DNA from: Phoronis australis
Lineage: Eukaryota; Animalia; Phoronida
DNA length: 64,000 nt
Reading direction: 5' to 3'
NCBI GenBank assembly: GCA_002633005.1
Contig: NMRA01000096.1
Location: 761,691-825,690, forward strand
Position numbers and translations under genes: made by a program. The notes under the pieces were generated by a model. It worked only from the letters and a program-made list of their open reading frames with translations. It ran no database searches and was not told where the DNA came from. Below, in pieces: positions 36,701 through 46,758 of the stretch. Position 1 is the first letter of the stretch, and each line of letters opens with the position of its first letter.

Positions 36701-38538
36701 AATACCAACAAAAAGCACCCTCCTTACATGAAGACAGCTGACAGTTATAGGGTTTGTGGCACATTTAGAGTACTTAGGTATAATTAAGGGATTACAACCA
36801 TTGTCATGCACAGTAAGAAGACTGTCAAATTCAAGGGGCCAGTGTGGCCCACAGCAAAACAACAGATGTCATGACACCTGGTGCCAATTATCTGAATGAA
36901 GTGACACATACTAACGGTAAACACTTGTGTTTCTTGGGAAGGTTTAAAGTAAAAGAAATTCACCTGATTGGCAGTGATGAAGAAATTCCATGGTAACAAT
37001 GAGGCTATCCCAAGGAGATAAAAAATAATGTAGACAAGTCGCAACCTGCAAAGAGAGTTGGTTTTATTATATCATGATAGGTCTGTAAAGTAAATCTAAA
37101 TACGACGTAAGTCCCAGTTTACAAAACAACACTTGAATTTCACACTATTTACCCACAATGCTGCAACATCTGCCGAGCAGATCTCTAGCCTCGTTTTTGC
37201 ACCATTGAAGTTTCTCACGTTATATGTTGGTACCACACTTTGCTGCTTTTTTCAAGTTTTCTTGGCTGCATTAATCGTATTCAACCTTCTTATGCCAGTG
37301 AAGTGTTACTGCTGTGTTGTGGGTTGCAACTCCAATAACAAAAAGTTGGATAGACTTGAAAAATAGCCATGGATGCCATATTTTCCAACACAATTCCTAG
37401 AATCAGGTCGACATTTCTAAAATGAGACCAGCGTAACAACTTGTATTCCTTCCTCCGAAAAAAAGAGATTTCTATCTGGAACCAGCCTATGGACAATACT
37501 TAAACTAATTCATTACAACATGTTAGGATCTAGAATAAAAAAGCACATATGTAAATAGTTTTATATGAATCTACTCTTCTATTTATTTGATATGACATTC
37601 AGAACTCCGAAGTTAGCCAAATTTGGAATTTTTCTGTGGTCTTGCATAACCTTAAGCACCGGATACAATGTAATATACAACTTATCAACTGCCAATTCAC
37701 CGACTAATAGTTCACAATCTGTTAGATATGAGTACTGATCGACCACTTCAATCATACCTTTGAACAGAATTAAAAGCAAAAGGTGAGACAATACATATCA
37801 TCGGTGGATGGAGCAGCTCATTAACCAATTTATTTTTCGATTGATGAAATAAAGCAATTTATACAATATGGATGAAAACAGTTACATGTGAATAATAGAT
37901 TTGATTTAAATACTGCATCAAAACCGGAATGATTTGATTTTTACTTTTGTCCAAAATTTGTGAAAGCACAATTTTAAACATGTGGCCAAGTAAATTACCG
38001 TGGTATTTCTGAATGTTTTAGGATTGATTCAACTTAATTGCAAGGGTAATTAAACGATCAAAGAACACCCAAAAACGTCGAAGTTCATTAACAGGTAAGT
38101 AAAATTGGTTAAATACACGAACAGTTGTCGTTATTAACAATCTTTATTCCGTTCCGTTGTATCCTTGGAACAAAGTTCGACACTCACCAGAACAAATTGG
38201 TAAAGCAACAGGTAAGTTTAAACTTTTTGGGCTTTCTGGTTTTCAGCATATTTTCTCTCAACAGTTATCACCAGCCCCTGGCAATAACTGTTGGTTTACA
38301 AGTTACCCAAGAGGATTGCCAACATTCCCCCTGGAGCTGAGGTCAAGATCGGATTGACCAGAAGGACGAACTTAAGTTAATGACTTATCACTTACTTGTC
38401 TCTCGGGACATAAGTTCGGGATGAAATGAGAACACTCCGTTCATCTTCAGTTTCACTGTCATAGTCTTGAACACTCATAGTGTCACTGTTGTTATTGGTC
38501 CTGCTTGAGAGGCTCTCAACTAACTCAACGTCACTCAT
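15645..38538 (-). CDS. Equilibrative nucleoside transporter, SLC29 family (ENT3-like), 12 exons per transcript, 463 aa
   Basis: Exons on -: 38538-38396, 37045-36964, 33592-33429, 32763-32669, 31330-31280, [31104-31019 OR 29625-29540], 28330-28153, 26592-26507, 25752-25635, 23899-23814, 23276-23086, 15756-15645. Exons 9-11 are also duplicated at 21930-21813, 18676-18591 and 18062-17872. Family motifs: LGIASLLPWNFFITA, FGLAGLFP..Y.QALMGGQGMGG, VTLSVFP, FNVGDLCGR, FTNGY, GLGLGS. Confidence 0.93.
15886..16138. mobile_element. Degenerate MITE (PIF/Harbinger-like family)
   Basis: Imperfect terminal inverted repeats ggactcgttccaacaaaact... / ...agtttcttggaacagaccc; relatives at ~31835-32080 and ~49707-49960. 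Confidence 0.45.
17445..17896. repeat. 49-bp minisatellite, about 9 units (haplotype 1)
   Basis: Unit tcatttcacagccattagctctgcatagcctacttatgtggtgcgttca, running into the end of ENT exon 11. Confidence 0.92.
17872..18062 (-). CDS. ENT exon 11, second haplotype copy
   Basis: Near-identical to 23086-23276. Confidence 0.7.
18591..18676 (-). CDS. ENT exon 10, second haplotype copy
   Basis: Synonymous variants of 23814-23899. Confidence 0.7.
19001..19280. mobile_element. MITE with CCCGGGG termini (allelic copy at 24224-24525)
   Basis: Imperfect TIRs cccggggg.ttcacaaggtg... / ...caccttgtc..gactccccggg. TACTACT lies on both sides in the 24224 copy. Confidence 0.6.
19362..20775. mobile_element. Non-autonomous Tc1/mariner superfamily (Tc2/pogo-like) DNA transposon, 1.4 kb, polymorphic
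   Basis: Perfect TIR CCGTATTCGCCGTAATAACCGCCCA / TGGGCGGTTATTACGGCGAATACGG with TA duplicated. Empty site gcagTAagt at ~24605-24613. No transposase ORF. Confidence 0.9.
21813..21930 (-). CDS. ENT exon 9, second haplotype copy
   Basis: Near-identical to 25635-25752, with a K/N difference (DQDK vs DQDN). Confidence 0.7.
22267..23109. repeat. 49-bp minisatellite, at least 17 units (haplotype 2)
   Basis: Same unit, period 49 (22267, 22316...); many copies are identical. Confidence 0.95.
23086..23276 (-). CDS. ENT exon 11
   Basis: PSRLLPLFSILRVGFIPLIMMCNIQPR...FTNGYFGTLCMMNAP. Confidence 0.85.
23814..23899 (-). CDS. ENT exon 10
   Basis: DLFIPLTCFLLFNVGDLCGRTAAGFLQL. Confidence 0.85.
24224..24525. 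mobile_element. MITE with CCCGGGG termini, haplotype 2 copy
   Basis: TACTACT direct repeats on both flanks; imperfect TIRs. Confidence 0.6.
25635..25752 (-). CDS. ENT exon 9
   Basis: VWVLGFSVLFIFLVTLSVFPSVATLAVSVDQDNSNSIFT. Confidence 0.88.
26507..26592 (-). CDS. ENT exon 8 (cytoplasmic loop)
   Basis: KSLDSLEEDGSITVTTRMGPSLLVVFKE; phases fit neighbouring exons. Confidence 0.8.
27365..27445. repeat. 81-bp palindromic mini-element
   Basis: caggggtcctgaattttgagaaccagtttc ... gaaactggttctcaaaatacaagacccctg; related core at ~18690-18748. Confidence 0.65.
28153..28330 (-). CDS. ENT exon 7
   Basis: GMGGTFAAVASIITI...SALAYFLSA...TEFAKHH. Confidence 0.92.
29540..29625 (-). CDS. ENT alternative exon 6B (canonical type)
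   Basis: 86 nt, phase 1-0, (A)ASAMLQGGMFGLAGLFPGRYTQALMGGQ; cacag| and |gtaaaa. Confidence 0.88.
31019..31104 (-). CDS. ENT alternative exon 6A
   Basis: 86 nt, phase 1-0, (A)CSAILTGASVGLACMFPSKYVQALMSGQ; gacag| and |gtaaga. Confidence 0.8.
31280..31330 (-). CDS. ENT exon 5
   Basis: WQITFFAFTIVTVVIIN; gtag| and |gtaagt. Confidence 0.88.
32669..32763 (-). CDS. ENT exon 4
   Basis: IPIKVRLVASFIIMLLMFAGTVTLVLVNTDP. Confidence 0.9.
33429..33592 (-). CDS. ENT exon 3
   Basis: YFRFKFRNVS...LQNTFETYFSIAAMIPNILFNVFNT. Confidence 0.9.
34072..34578. mobile_element. PIF/Harbinger-type MITE
   Basis: TIR AGGTCCTTTCATATTGAC / GTTAGTATGAAAGGCCCT with TAA on both flanks; internal TTCATACTG repeats. Confidence 0.7.
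35524..35766. mobile_element. Tc1/mariner-type MITE
   Basis: TA|CGGTAAAATCTCATCAATTTAGGACA ... TGTCCGAAATTGGTGAGGTTTTACCA|TA. Confidence 0.65.
36964..37045 (-). CDS. ENT exon 2 (TM1)
   Basis: LRLVYIIFYLLGIASLLPWNFFITANQ. Confidence 0.92.
38396..38538 (-). CDS. ENT exon 1 (acidic N-terminal tail with dileucine-type motif)
   Basis: MSDVELVES...DSETEDERSVLISSRTYVPRD, donor AA|gtaagt; phase fits exon 2. Confidence 0.8.
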
Positions 38539-41500
38539 TCACTATCAGCTGTTCCAATGTCACTGCAAGGCCAACTAAAAATCATGTGACTTAGATCAGT
38601 TCACTCGACCGACCCATTTCTTGGTTTCCAGTTTGACAACGATAGGCCTACATCAACGTGGAAGTCATCGAATAGAATCGATCCCTGCATGGCAAGTTTT
38701 ATTGTTGAACCGAAGCTAAGCACTTCACCCTTTATGCCCCATCAACATGCGAGGCTCACGAAGCACTTGTTATGTCAAATTGTGCCAAGTTGTTTACGTT
38801 TACACTCTCCTTCGCTCCTCTTGTTTGTTCTTGTAGCGGAAATGCTTTACAGCACATGCGCATTTTCTAAAAGGCTACTGAGAAGGCTACTGAGACCAAA
38901 GAGGTGTCTCTTATCAGTGTTGAGACCATTGCCGGGCGGCATGGGTGGGGGGGTCCGTAGTAGTTTTCTCGGGGGGGGGGGGCAATGGACCTGTCAGCGG
39001 GATGGCTTTCGACATTTTCTCTTCATAACGCCACAAACACATATATTTCTATTGAAATGGGCATTGTAACAGAGGGGATCGTCGGACGGTGAACCCGTGC
39101 ACACTCTCCCTCAGCCTAGTACGCCGGGCTACGGGCACGAATGGCTACATGGCGGCTAGTTCTTGCCACTGATTTTGTTCCTCAAAGCTCGATCATGAGT
39201 GTCAGACGAGTTTCCGCCCGTAGAACCGGTGCATTCATCGTGGTTTCCGGCAAGTAAACCTTCCATTTGTTACTCAAGGGGGATTCAGGAATTGCGCCGC
39301 GGCGCTGAGTCCCACGGGTCGGTATGGGCATATGATGTAGGCGATCGCGGGTTGGTCCCGCATGAAAACGAAAGACTTTTAACTGAACGCAAAAAAGCCT
39401 GTCTTTCAAAATACGGATAGTTTCGACAAAGCACAGTTGCCCACGCCTCTGTATCGTCCTAGGGCCACGCCCAAGATGATCGTTACCCGATGATGACTGC
39501 CACAGGCAGCACAAGTCACAAAAAAATAAGCCCGGCCAACTTGAACTGAAAAGAGGCCAAATGGGCGGCAGTTCCCATTTGCAGCAACACTCAATGGGCT
39601 CTGCGCTATAGTGCTTTGATCATTATTTCACCGATAGGCCTAGATTGGATCGATTTAGTCGAGGAGACCCAGGGGCAAGACCTACGGAGTGAGTCGGTTC
39701 AGTGGCACAGGCATATATCCACCAAGAGTCGGTCTTACATCACCGCGCCCGGCCCTGCCAGCGTCCACTGAAACAACTGAGGCTTCATTCACAAAAATCT
39801 TATCTTAGATGTCCATAGTTTCAGTTCCCGAGATACTATTCCAGATATGTCCGCACTTCAGTTTACGAAGCTATACGTTGTAAACTGCTCTTCCACGTAG
39901 CACTGATTCGGCATTCCCGCCACACACTCACATCATGCACATTAATTGACTAACATTAAAAAATAAATAAATTAATGATTAACGTACAATTTAGAGAGGC
40001 ATATATGGAACGCGCAAATCTCGATCGCCAAAAATATCTTTTAAACAATTCTTGACAAAAGTACCGTCTCGCAACGTCTAGTACAGAGTAATTCACTTTC
40101 CCCTGTGAGGAAATTTCCAAAAAAAAACAAATTCATGATTTTTGAAATACGCGAGAAGGAAAAACTGTGGTAACCACAGAGTTTCTAATCTCCCTCCCAC
40201 GTATGATAAATGTGCGCATGCGTTCACAGTCAGTTGCTTGAGGTCAAAGGTCATATTTTCCATATAAGGGAAACGGACTGTGTCTATGCCTCGCATTACC
40301 AAATAAGGAGACGTGCTTTGCCTTGAGGGAGAAAAATCGACGAAGTGGCGATCAGTTGACAAATCTTTTTTTTTGAAATTTGAAATTAAAGAAAATGCTT
40401 TGATATCAACAAAAAATTAAAATCTTTGCGAACAAACCCTAAAAAAACCAGGTGAGCAAGTTGGATTCTGTTTCAGTGGTTGAGAAACACTTTCAATATT
40501 GCAATTTAGTCGCGTTCCAGGCCTCTTTAAAGGAGGTTAATTAAACTTGAGCAGCATTGCAATGAATTACATCCTTATGTTCGGCGACAAGATTAAGGGC
40601 TCACGGGCCCATGAGCTATTTCGTAGCACAAAATAAATGGTCTTGGGAAAAACCACTTATGCAGACGAATATCAGCCAACTGATCGTGAAATCTAATAAA
40701 GCTTTTTAGCAACAGGCGCTTCTCCGATAGTTTGTTCTCTGTATATCGGTGATTTGCATAAATGCGAAGCTCCACGGTCAATACAAAGACACCTTCCTTT
40801 TTTCCAAAGATGTGGAATATGGCGAAGATGACGGCACTTATACGGTTATGTCGTCATGCTCTGCATCAACTGGGACCATTCATCACCACCACGCTCCTTT
40901 CGAAACCCAGGGAAAACGCTGGGTCAGATAGATACCATGAGATAGATAAAATTGTAACGGGAATCGGCGGAGTGTCCAGCATCGATATAATAATTTTTTT
41001 CGGACTGTTTCGTCAGAGTGAAATATGACTGTAACGTTGTGTGTTTTTAGTTTGTTTGTATCAGAACCGTGGTGATATCTTACAAAGTACGGAACAACAG
41101 AGTAGATACAAGACGGTTTATTCAACACTCAAACAACTACAAACTTACAACTCATTCTTAGTCAGCTGTTATCGACGACATCATCCTCAGTTACTTTAGT
41201 TTGGGGCCACTCTAAAATCGACCAATTCTCCAAATTCAAAGGTCAAAAAGTAAAAGATGACTTTGAATGTTGTAATTGAAGCCTAAAGTTTAAGTTTAAG
41301 CAGAGTCTCTTACCTAACAGAAACCAAACTTGATAGATTAATCCGAATTTACTGCCCAAGAGACCCGGTTATATACAATTCTGCGCTGAGAATGTTCCAA
41401 AATACGCTATAATTTAGGATTCTAAAGTTTTAGGAAAAAACCAGTAAATATGTAAAATCAAATTTCATCATCGGATATGCCAAGTTTGGGATTTAGTTAA

Positions 41501-41699
41501 TAGACATCCCTATCAATGAACTAAGCCAGTTGCCGCAAAATTGGGACAAGTTTAATCCAGTAGATGGCATTCCTGTCACAAAATAGTGTCGGTTTTAGAA
41601 ATGAACTGGTGAACACTAGCGATGGGCTATAGCCTAATCAAAGACAATTAGGCAGTTTAAATGAATTAAAATAAATATCAAAACATATGAACAGGTTAA

Positions 41700-42170
41700 A
41701 ATGTAAATTACCAACAAGTTAAAAGAGATCCGTGAAGGATTCACAATGAGGCCAGGTGAGGCCACAACTCACACTGTAGGCCTAAAGGCAGCAACCGCAA
41801 TGATCACTGACGGTGCAAACCGACAGGCTGCGTCTCAGCCTCAGCACCAAGCCCATCCACCTCCCTCATTGCATACGGAAGAGAGTTCCAAAGCCTCGCA
41901 CGGAAACCCTCAAAGGAGTTCAGACCGTATCTGGTAGTGCGCACATGGTGGACACAGAGAGTGACACCACCGGACCTCGACAGGTCGGTACGGGGAGTGA
42001 GTCTGGCCTCAAACAGGCCCACATGAAACTAGCGGACAGTCGGGGCAAGGCTCTGAAAACCTCGAGAATCGCTCGCTTCCTCATTTGCTCTAAAGAAGAA
42101 ACATTCGCTCTTTCTAATAACAATTCACAGTGACTAGTAAAATCCTGGAACATAAACTCTGTACTAGCAA
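41700..42170 (-). mobile_element. 5'-truncated non-LTR retrotransposon (CR1/L2-clade ORF2 C-terminus) fragment
   Basis: Frameshifted FQDFTSHCELLLERANVSSLEQMRKRAILEVFRAL... and VRTTRYGLNSF...ARLWNSLP, typical of the post-RT tail of CR1/L2-group LINEs. Confidence 0.7.
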
Positions 42171-44294
42171 CTCGGGATATAATCATCATTCACACGCAGA
42201 AATCCCGAACGATATCACAGTAGTTAAAATGACTCGGGCTTAGGATAAACTGATTTGAGAAATTGAAATCGTAAAAAATCAATAACGCTTTTTCTAAACG
42301 GTTTTTAGTAAGCTTTTCAGCGTTTGCGTTTTAAAGACTGACAAATGCTTAATAAGAACTACACTAAATCTTGACGTCACTGGATATTTTGATAACTTCG
42401 CCTCCGTGTTACCGAAGTGTTAATTCTAAACGGTTGACCAGTGCTACTGAGCAAACAATAGCATCAAAAGGTTTAGTGTTTTCTATTACCCGGAACGAGG
42501 GGAACAGTCAGTAGCTGGTTGCATGAAATAGTCCCAAATAGGGTTTCAAAGTGTTCGTTCAGTCAACTTTTCACAAAATTCGTGGACTTGTGAAAAGACT
42601 GATTATTCATTTTAATGCTGTTTTATTCTGATTACTAAATCAAGTTTCCTATTTGATACGCATCGTGAGAAAACTCTACGTTGAATTCTCAACATTGCAG
42701 AAAATAAATGGGTGTTTTTGTGTAACGCCCCTAATTTAAGAACTAAGTCCCTATTTATTTTCCTTGAAATAGTGTCGTTAGTCAAAACGGAACTCGTAAA
42801 AAGATAGAAAATATAACATTTGTGGGTAAACAAAGAGTGACATAAATAAGTGGAAGATTTAGGGAACTTAGTTGAACTCCTAGGCTATTTCATACTACCC
42901 GGCACAGAAACCCTAATCCTAAAAGACCCCCTTTGAAAAATGCCAGTCAACCGAGGGACCAAAGTATGTCTGGCATCATTCGGATACAACCTGGAAAAAT
43001 ATAAATCTAAGTCACCCTAAGGTAAAGAAATCAGAAACAGTAATCAATCATTATGGATGCTTATGTTCGTGATTTCAGTCAACATACGGAGAAATGCCGT
43101 ATTGGGCTGGCAGCTTGCCAATGTGAATTTTTTGGTGATTAGAGGGGGGACAAGGAGGCCATGCCCCCCTAAATTCACCCAGATTCCTTTTGGCAGTTCG
43201 GGGGTACTAACACCTGAAGGGCAAAATCATGGCTAATATTGTTCTGCCGTGCCCCCTAACTCAAAATCCTGGATCCGTCCCTGGGATTAATTCCATAAAA
43301 GCAACCTTTTGGTAGCGATTGCTTATTCATTACACCCGAAATTGGGCCGTAAGAGAGGCCGTGGGTTAAAAAATAAGGACATCTTTCACAACAAAAAATT
43401 TAAGGTAGTTAATATTAGAAACCCTGCTGTAGATTTTGAGTAGTTAGAAAAGAAAGCTTTTTGAGTGGATTTAATATCGCAAAGTGAAATGTTTGGGGTA
43501 TTTTGCCAGAAAAGGCACCCTTTCGAAGAGACTTGTGTAAGAAAAGGCATCTTTTCAGTTCGTAAGGAATCTGGCGTGAAATGTTACCCTTCTCTGAGCA
43601 CCTCCCTTGTGCCTCATTTATGGCAAAGCCCCCCCCCCAGATCCCAAAACTATTGGCCTCGATCTTGGCACTGGGGTCTGATGGCCCACATCCAGTACTT
43701 TTATATACTGATGTGAGACGTGGCTTTTGGTTTATAACGTTCTTTAGCCATCATTTCGTATATATTGGCAATACTTTTTGTCGAAAGTACCCATTAGTCA
43801 CAAAATAGATTAAGTCTCCTGGTTTCTGAGCTTTTTGCCTTTGTTTTAGTTAGAATAGCAAATTAAAATTGCTATATTGGTCCTACCCTAAATACAAATT
43901 CGGTCATTGTTTTCCAAAAAGGATTGATAATATAAAGAAACAACGTGTAACGAAATCCTAAACTTCAATACTATCAATTATCAGAATGTAAATGCAATAT
44001 AAAACTTTATTTTCATAAGGCGTTGCTATATACGACAGCATGTTATACCCCAGTTACTATGTAAGTTCTTGTAGACGTCCTAAAATGGTTATATTTTATG
44101 ATGTTCCTATTTCCTAAATATATAATGTTGAAACGTAGTAGAATACGAAAAAAGTTTCCCAATGTATAAAAACAGTTATTCAATTTAAGTATATTGAGGA
44201 AAGTTTACTATAATCGAATTTTATAAAACACGTCATTATCTTTATTACGTAATAAAGAATGACGTAAAAAAGAAATACTCATTCGTAATTTATA

Positions 44295-45850
44295 ATGCGC
44301 GTGATTGCCCATAGCTGAACAAGATCGACCTTTTCTTTAGTGGAGGTACACGAATTGAAAATAATGGTTGGGACGATTTCGGATAAAAAGGACGTCCTGA
44401 AAAAGACTAACGAGAGTCTCAAACTGTATATGTCGAGAGAGAGAGCCAAAGAACGAATCAAAAAGTATAGAGCAATGCATAACAATGGTGCCCATTGCTC
44501 TACTACTAGTCGAAAGCCGCGTAGACGACAAGTTACTCATGACGAGAAGATAACATGGGAGGCGGTGACCACGAGGGGGTGGTAAAAAGTGACGACTTGC
44601 CAGACCCTACTTGTTCTACAGAGCCCCCAAAACGGATAACAGAGCACGGAAGTATACGTAACAAACGTGTGCATTGCTCTAGCACTCAGCTAGAGCCACG
44701 TAGGCCTATAGAAGTCATCCCTGAGGAGGACGCCGGGTTGGAATGCTCCAACTGTGAAGGTGAAACCAAGACTGACAACGCATCACTACCTGGATGCTCT
44801 AGTGATGCCGATGGTTTTGAAGATAGTAGCAATACCTACTCCACAAAGATACCAGAAAATTGTCTGACCGTGTTTCCAGAAGGAGTGACAGAAACTGAAT
44901 ACGTCCCAGTAGCTGGAACGAGCGATGACGGAGGAGGTTTAGATAAAGACGGCGAACAGCGAAAGTTATAATTTTTGCGGAGAGCAGTGCGTATAAAAAG
45001 TGAAATCGGTGTTTTCCAAGAAGAGTAATAAAAACAGTAGACATTGGTCTGAACATGAATCAGCTTTCCCATTTCCAACTTTCAAGACATCACCCTTTCC
45101 CGATCTAGCAGACTCTGAGTCTAAATTTGGTGCCACTGTTGTTCACGATCCTATGAGCTATCATTACATTAATTTTATCGTGACGGAAAACCCGTTGTCA
45201 TTGATAGAGGAAACTATGGCTGTGTGTACCTAGTTGAGCAGCAGCAGATGCTCTATGCTCTCAAAGTGTTTCGCAAGGAGTCATCATCTTTATACGATGT
45301 CTGAAAAGAAGTTGAAGTTTTCCACTTTGCCAATTTCGAGGATTTTTTTCCGTTAGAGGAAAATTCAATTCATATTTCTTGGGAAATTTTAATTGATTTT
45401 GCTGGAAGCGCTATCCACAAAGGACAGACATTGCGTCAGTTGCTCAGCGACTACAAGAAAAAGTCTGGGTTTACTCCACTGACAGACCGAGAGTGACTTG
45501 ACGTTCTGATCACGATATGTGAGCAGGTTAACGTTCTGAATAGAGCCGATGTGATGCTGAGAACCGTGAGTGCGGATAACATAGTAGTGATCAAGGCCAA
45601 TGGTTTGTACGAGGCACAGTTCTTGGATTTCCAAGACGCAACGTTGTTGAAGTACCATCCCTGTGCCACGTATTACGGCGACTTCGTTAAGGTACGCGAT
45701 CTAATGGGCCTTATCAACTGGGAGACAGACTCCAGCGAGAGATTCTACGATGCTCGTCAGCTGATGTCTCAAGTGCCAGCTAGAGCTACTTGGGATGACG
45801 TCATTAAGGCCCTGAGGACGGAGAAGTTCTTCACCCGCTCTATCTTTTAA
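44295..45850 (+). pseudogene. Intronless, disrupted protein kinase-like (pseudokinase) gene
   Basis: Frame from 45179: RDGKPVVIDRGNYGCVYLVEQQQMLYALKVFRKE..*KEVEV..ILIDFAG..GQTLRQLL..E*LDVLITICEQVNVLNRADVMLRTVSADNIVV..FLDFQDA. TGA stops at 44316, 45302 and 45494, plus frameshifts. AATAAA at ~46182. Confidence 0.65.
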
Positions 45851-46617
45851 AACTGAGTAGTTTCTTTGTCAGAATAATGATGTCAGCTCATGCGTGTGCG
45901 TGCCGAAGCCTGTACTTTATGGTGAGTACGCCGCAGAACATCCGGGCACACCTGACTTTTCCAATCGCTTGTACTATCAGAGCAACGGCCGCTGAGCCTG
46001 GAATACTAACTAAGCAAGAACGCCTACGACCAAGTTAAGACATTGGTGCAACCAACTTGCAAATTTGCTGATGTGATATGGTGGGGACTTGGCTGAAGTA
46101 TTTGTTTGCAGCCATTATCAGAAACTCGATGTAATTTTGATTAGAGGATTAATTGTTTGTATTAAGTTAATTTTTCTTTGCAATAAACGTTGATCAATGT
46201 TTCTTGTCAAGTAGTGTTTATTTATTTATTAATGAAGTATTTATTCCCCATTTTATCGCTAGACGGGGCATCAGAGAGCAGAATCTTTCGAATTTAGTGT
46301 GCTCCTACACCAAGCCTCATCTTTACAGGTATCATTTCATGTCATCTAGCCCTTCAATCATATGACAAAAACATAAAAAGTCTGGAAAATCGCAGGAAGG
46401 CAGCCGAACGAAACGCTAACATTAATTCGTTCACTGAGTATTAGCTATATAATTGACAGTCCGCAAAGCCTGAAATTCCTGCCTCCTTGCGGAAGAATTT
46501 TAGCGAAACTTCGAGGCATGTTTCGAGAGAATCACCGTGTACCCTGATACGGCACCTGATTTACCTTTTTGCCAGACCCCATTGAAGATCATTAATCCCC
46601 GGATCTTGTGCAAATGC

Positions 46618-46758
46618 CAGGGGCGGATCCAGAAGTTTGAGTTGGGGGAGGGGGGGGCAGGGCAGTATGTGTCAGGTGTTTGCCCTTTAGGCATTCGCAT
46701 ATGGGAGAATTTTAGGGAGGGGGGCATGGCCCCCTTGGCTCCCCCCACTCCGCCACTG
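46618..46758. mobile_element. Short CAGGGGCGGATCC-type DNA element
   Basis: CAGGGGCGGA ... TCCGCCACTG with AATGC on both flanks. Family relatives at ~43140-43283 and 61120-61147. Confidence 0.6.

Noticed and set aside
38689-41128. Several GC-richer ORFs upstream of ENT
   Set aside because: No recognisable domain or consistent splice structure; probably promoter and decayed repeat sequence.
41030-41180. Possible solo LTR (TG...CA ends, AATAAA on -)
   Set aside because: No target-site duplication and no second copy or internal domain seen.
44295-45850. TGA recoding (Trp or Sec) in the kinase-like ORF, since three in-frame stops are TGA
   Set aside because: TGG codons are used, a TAA stop and several frameshifts are also present, and CGA/TGG>TGA decay explains the stops.
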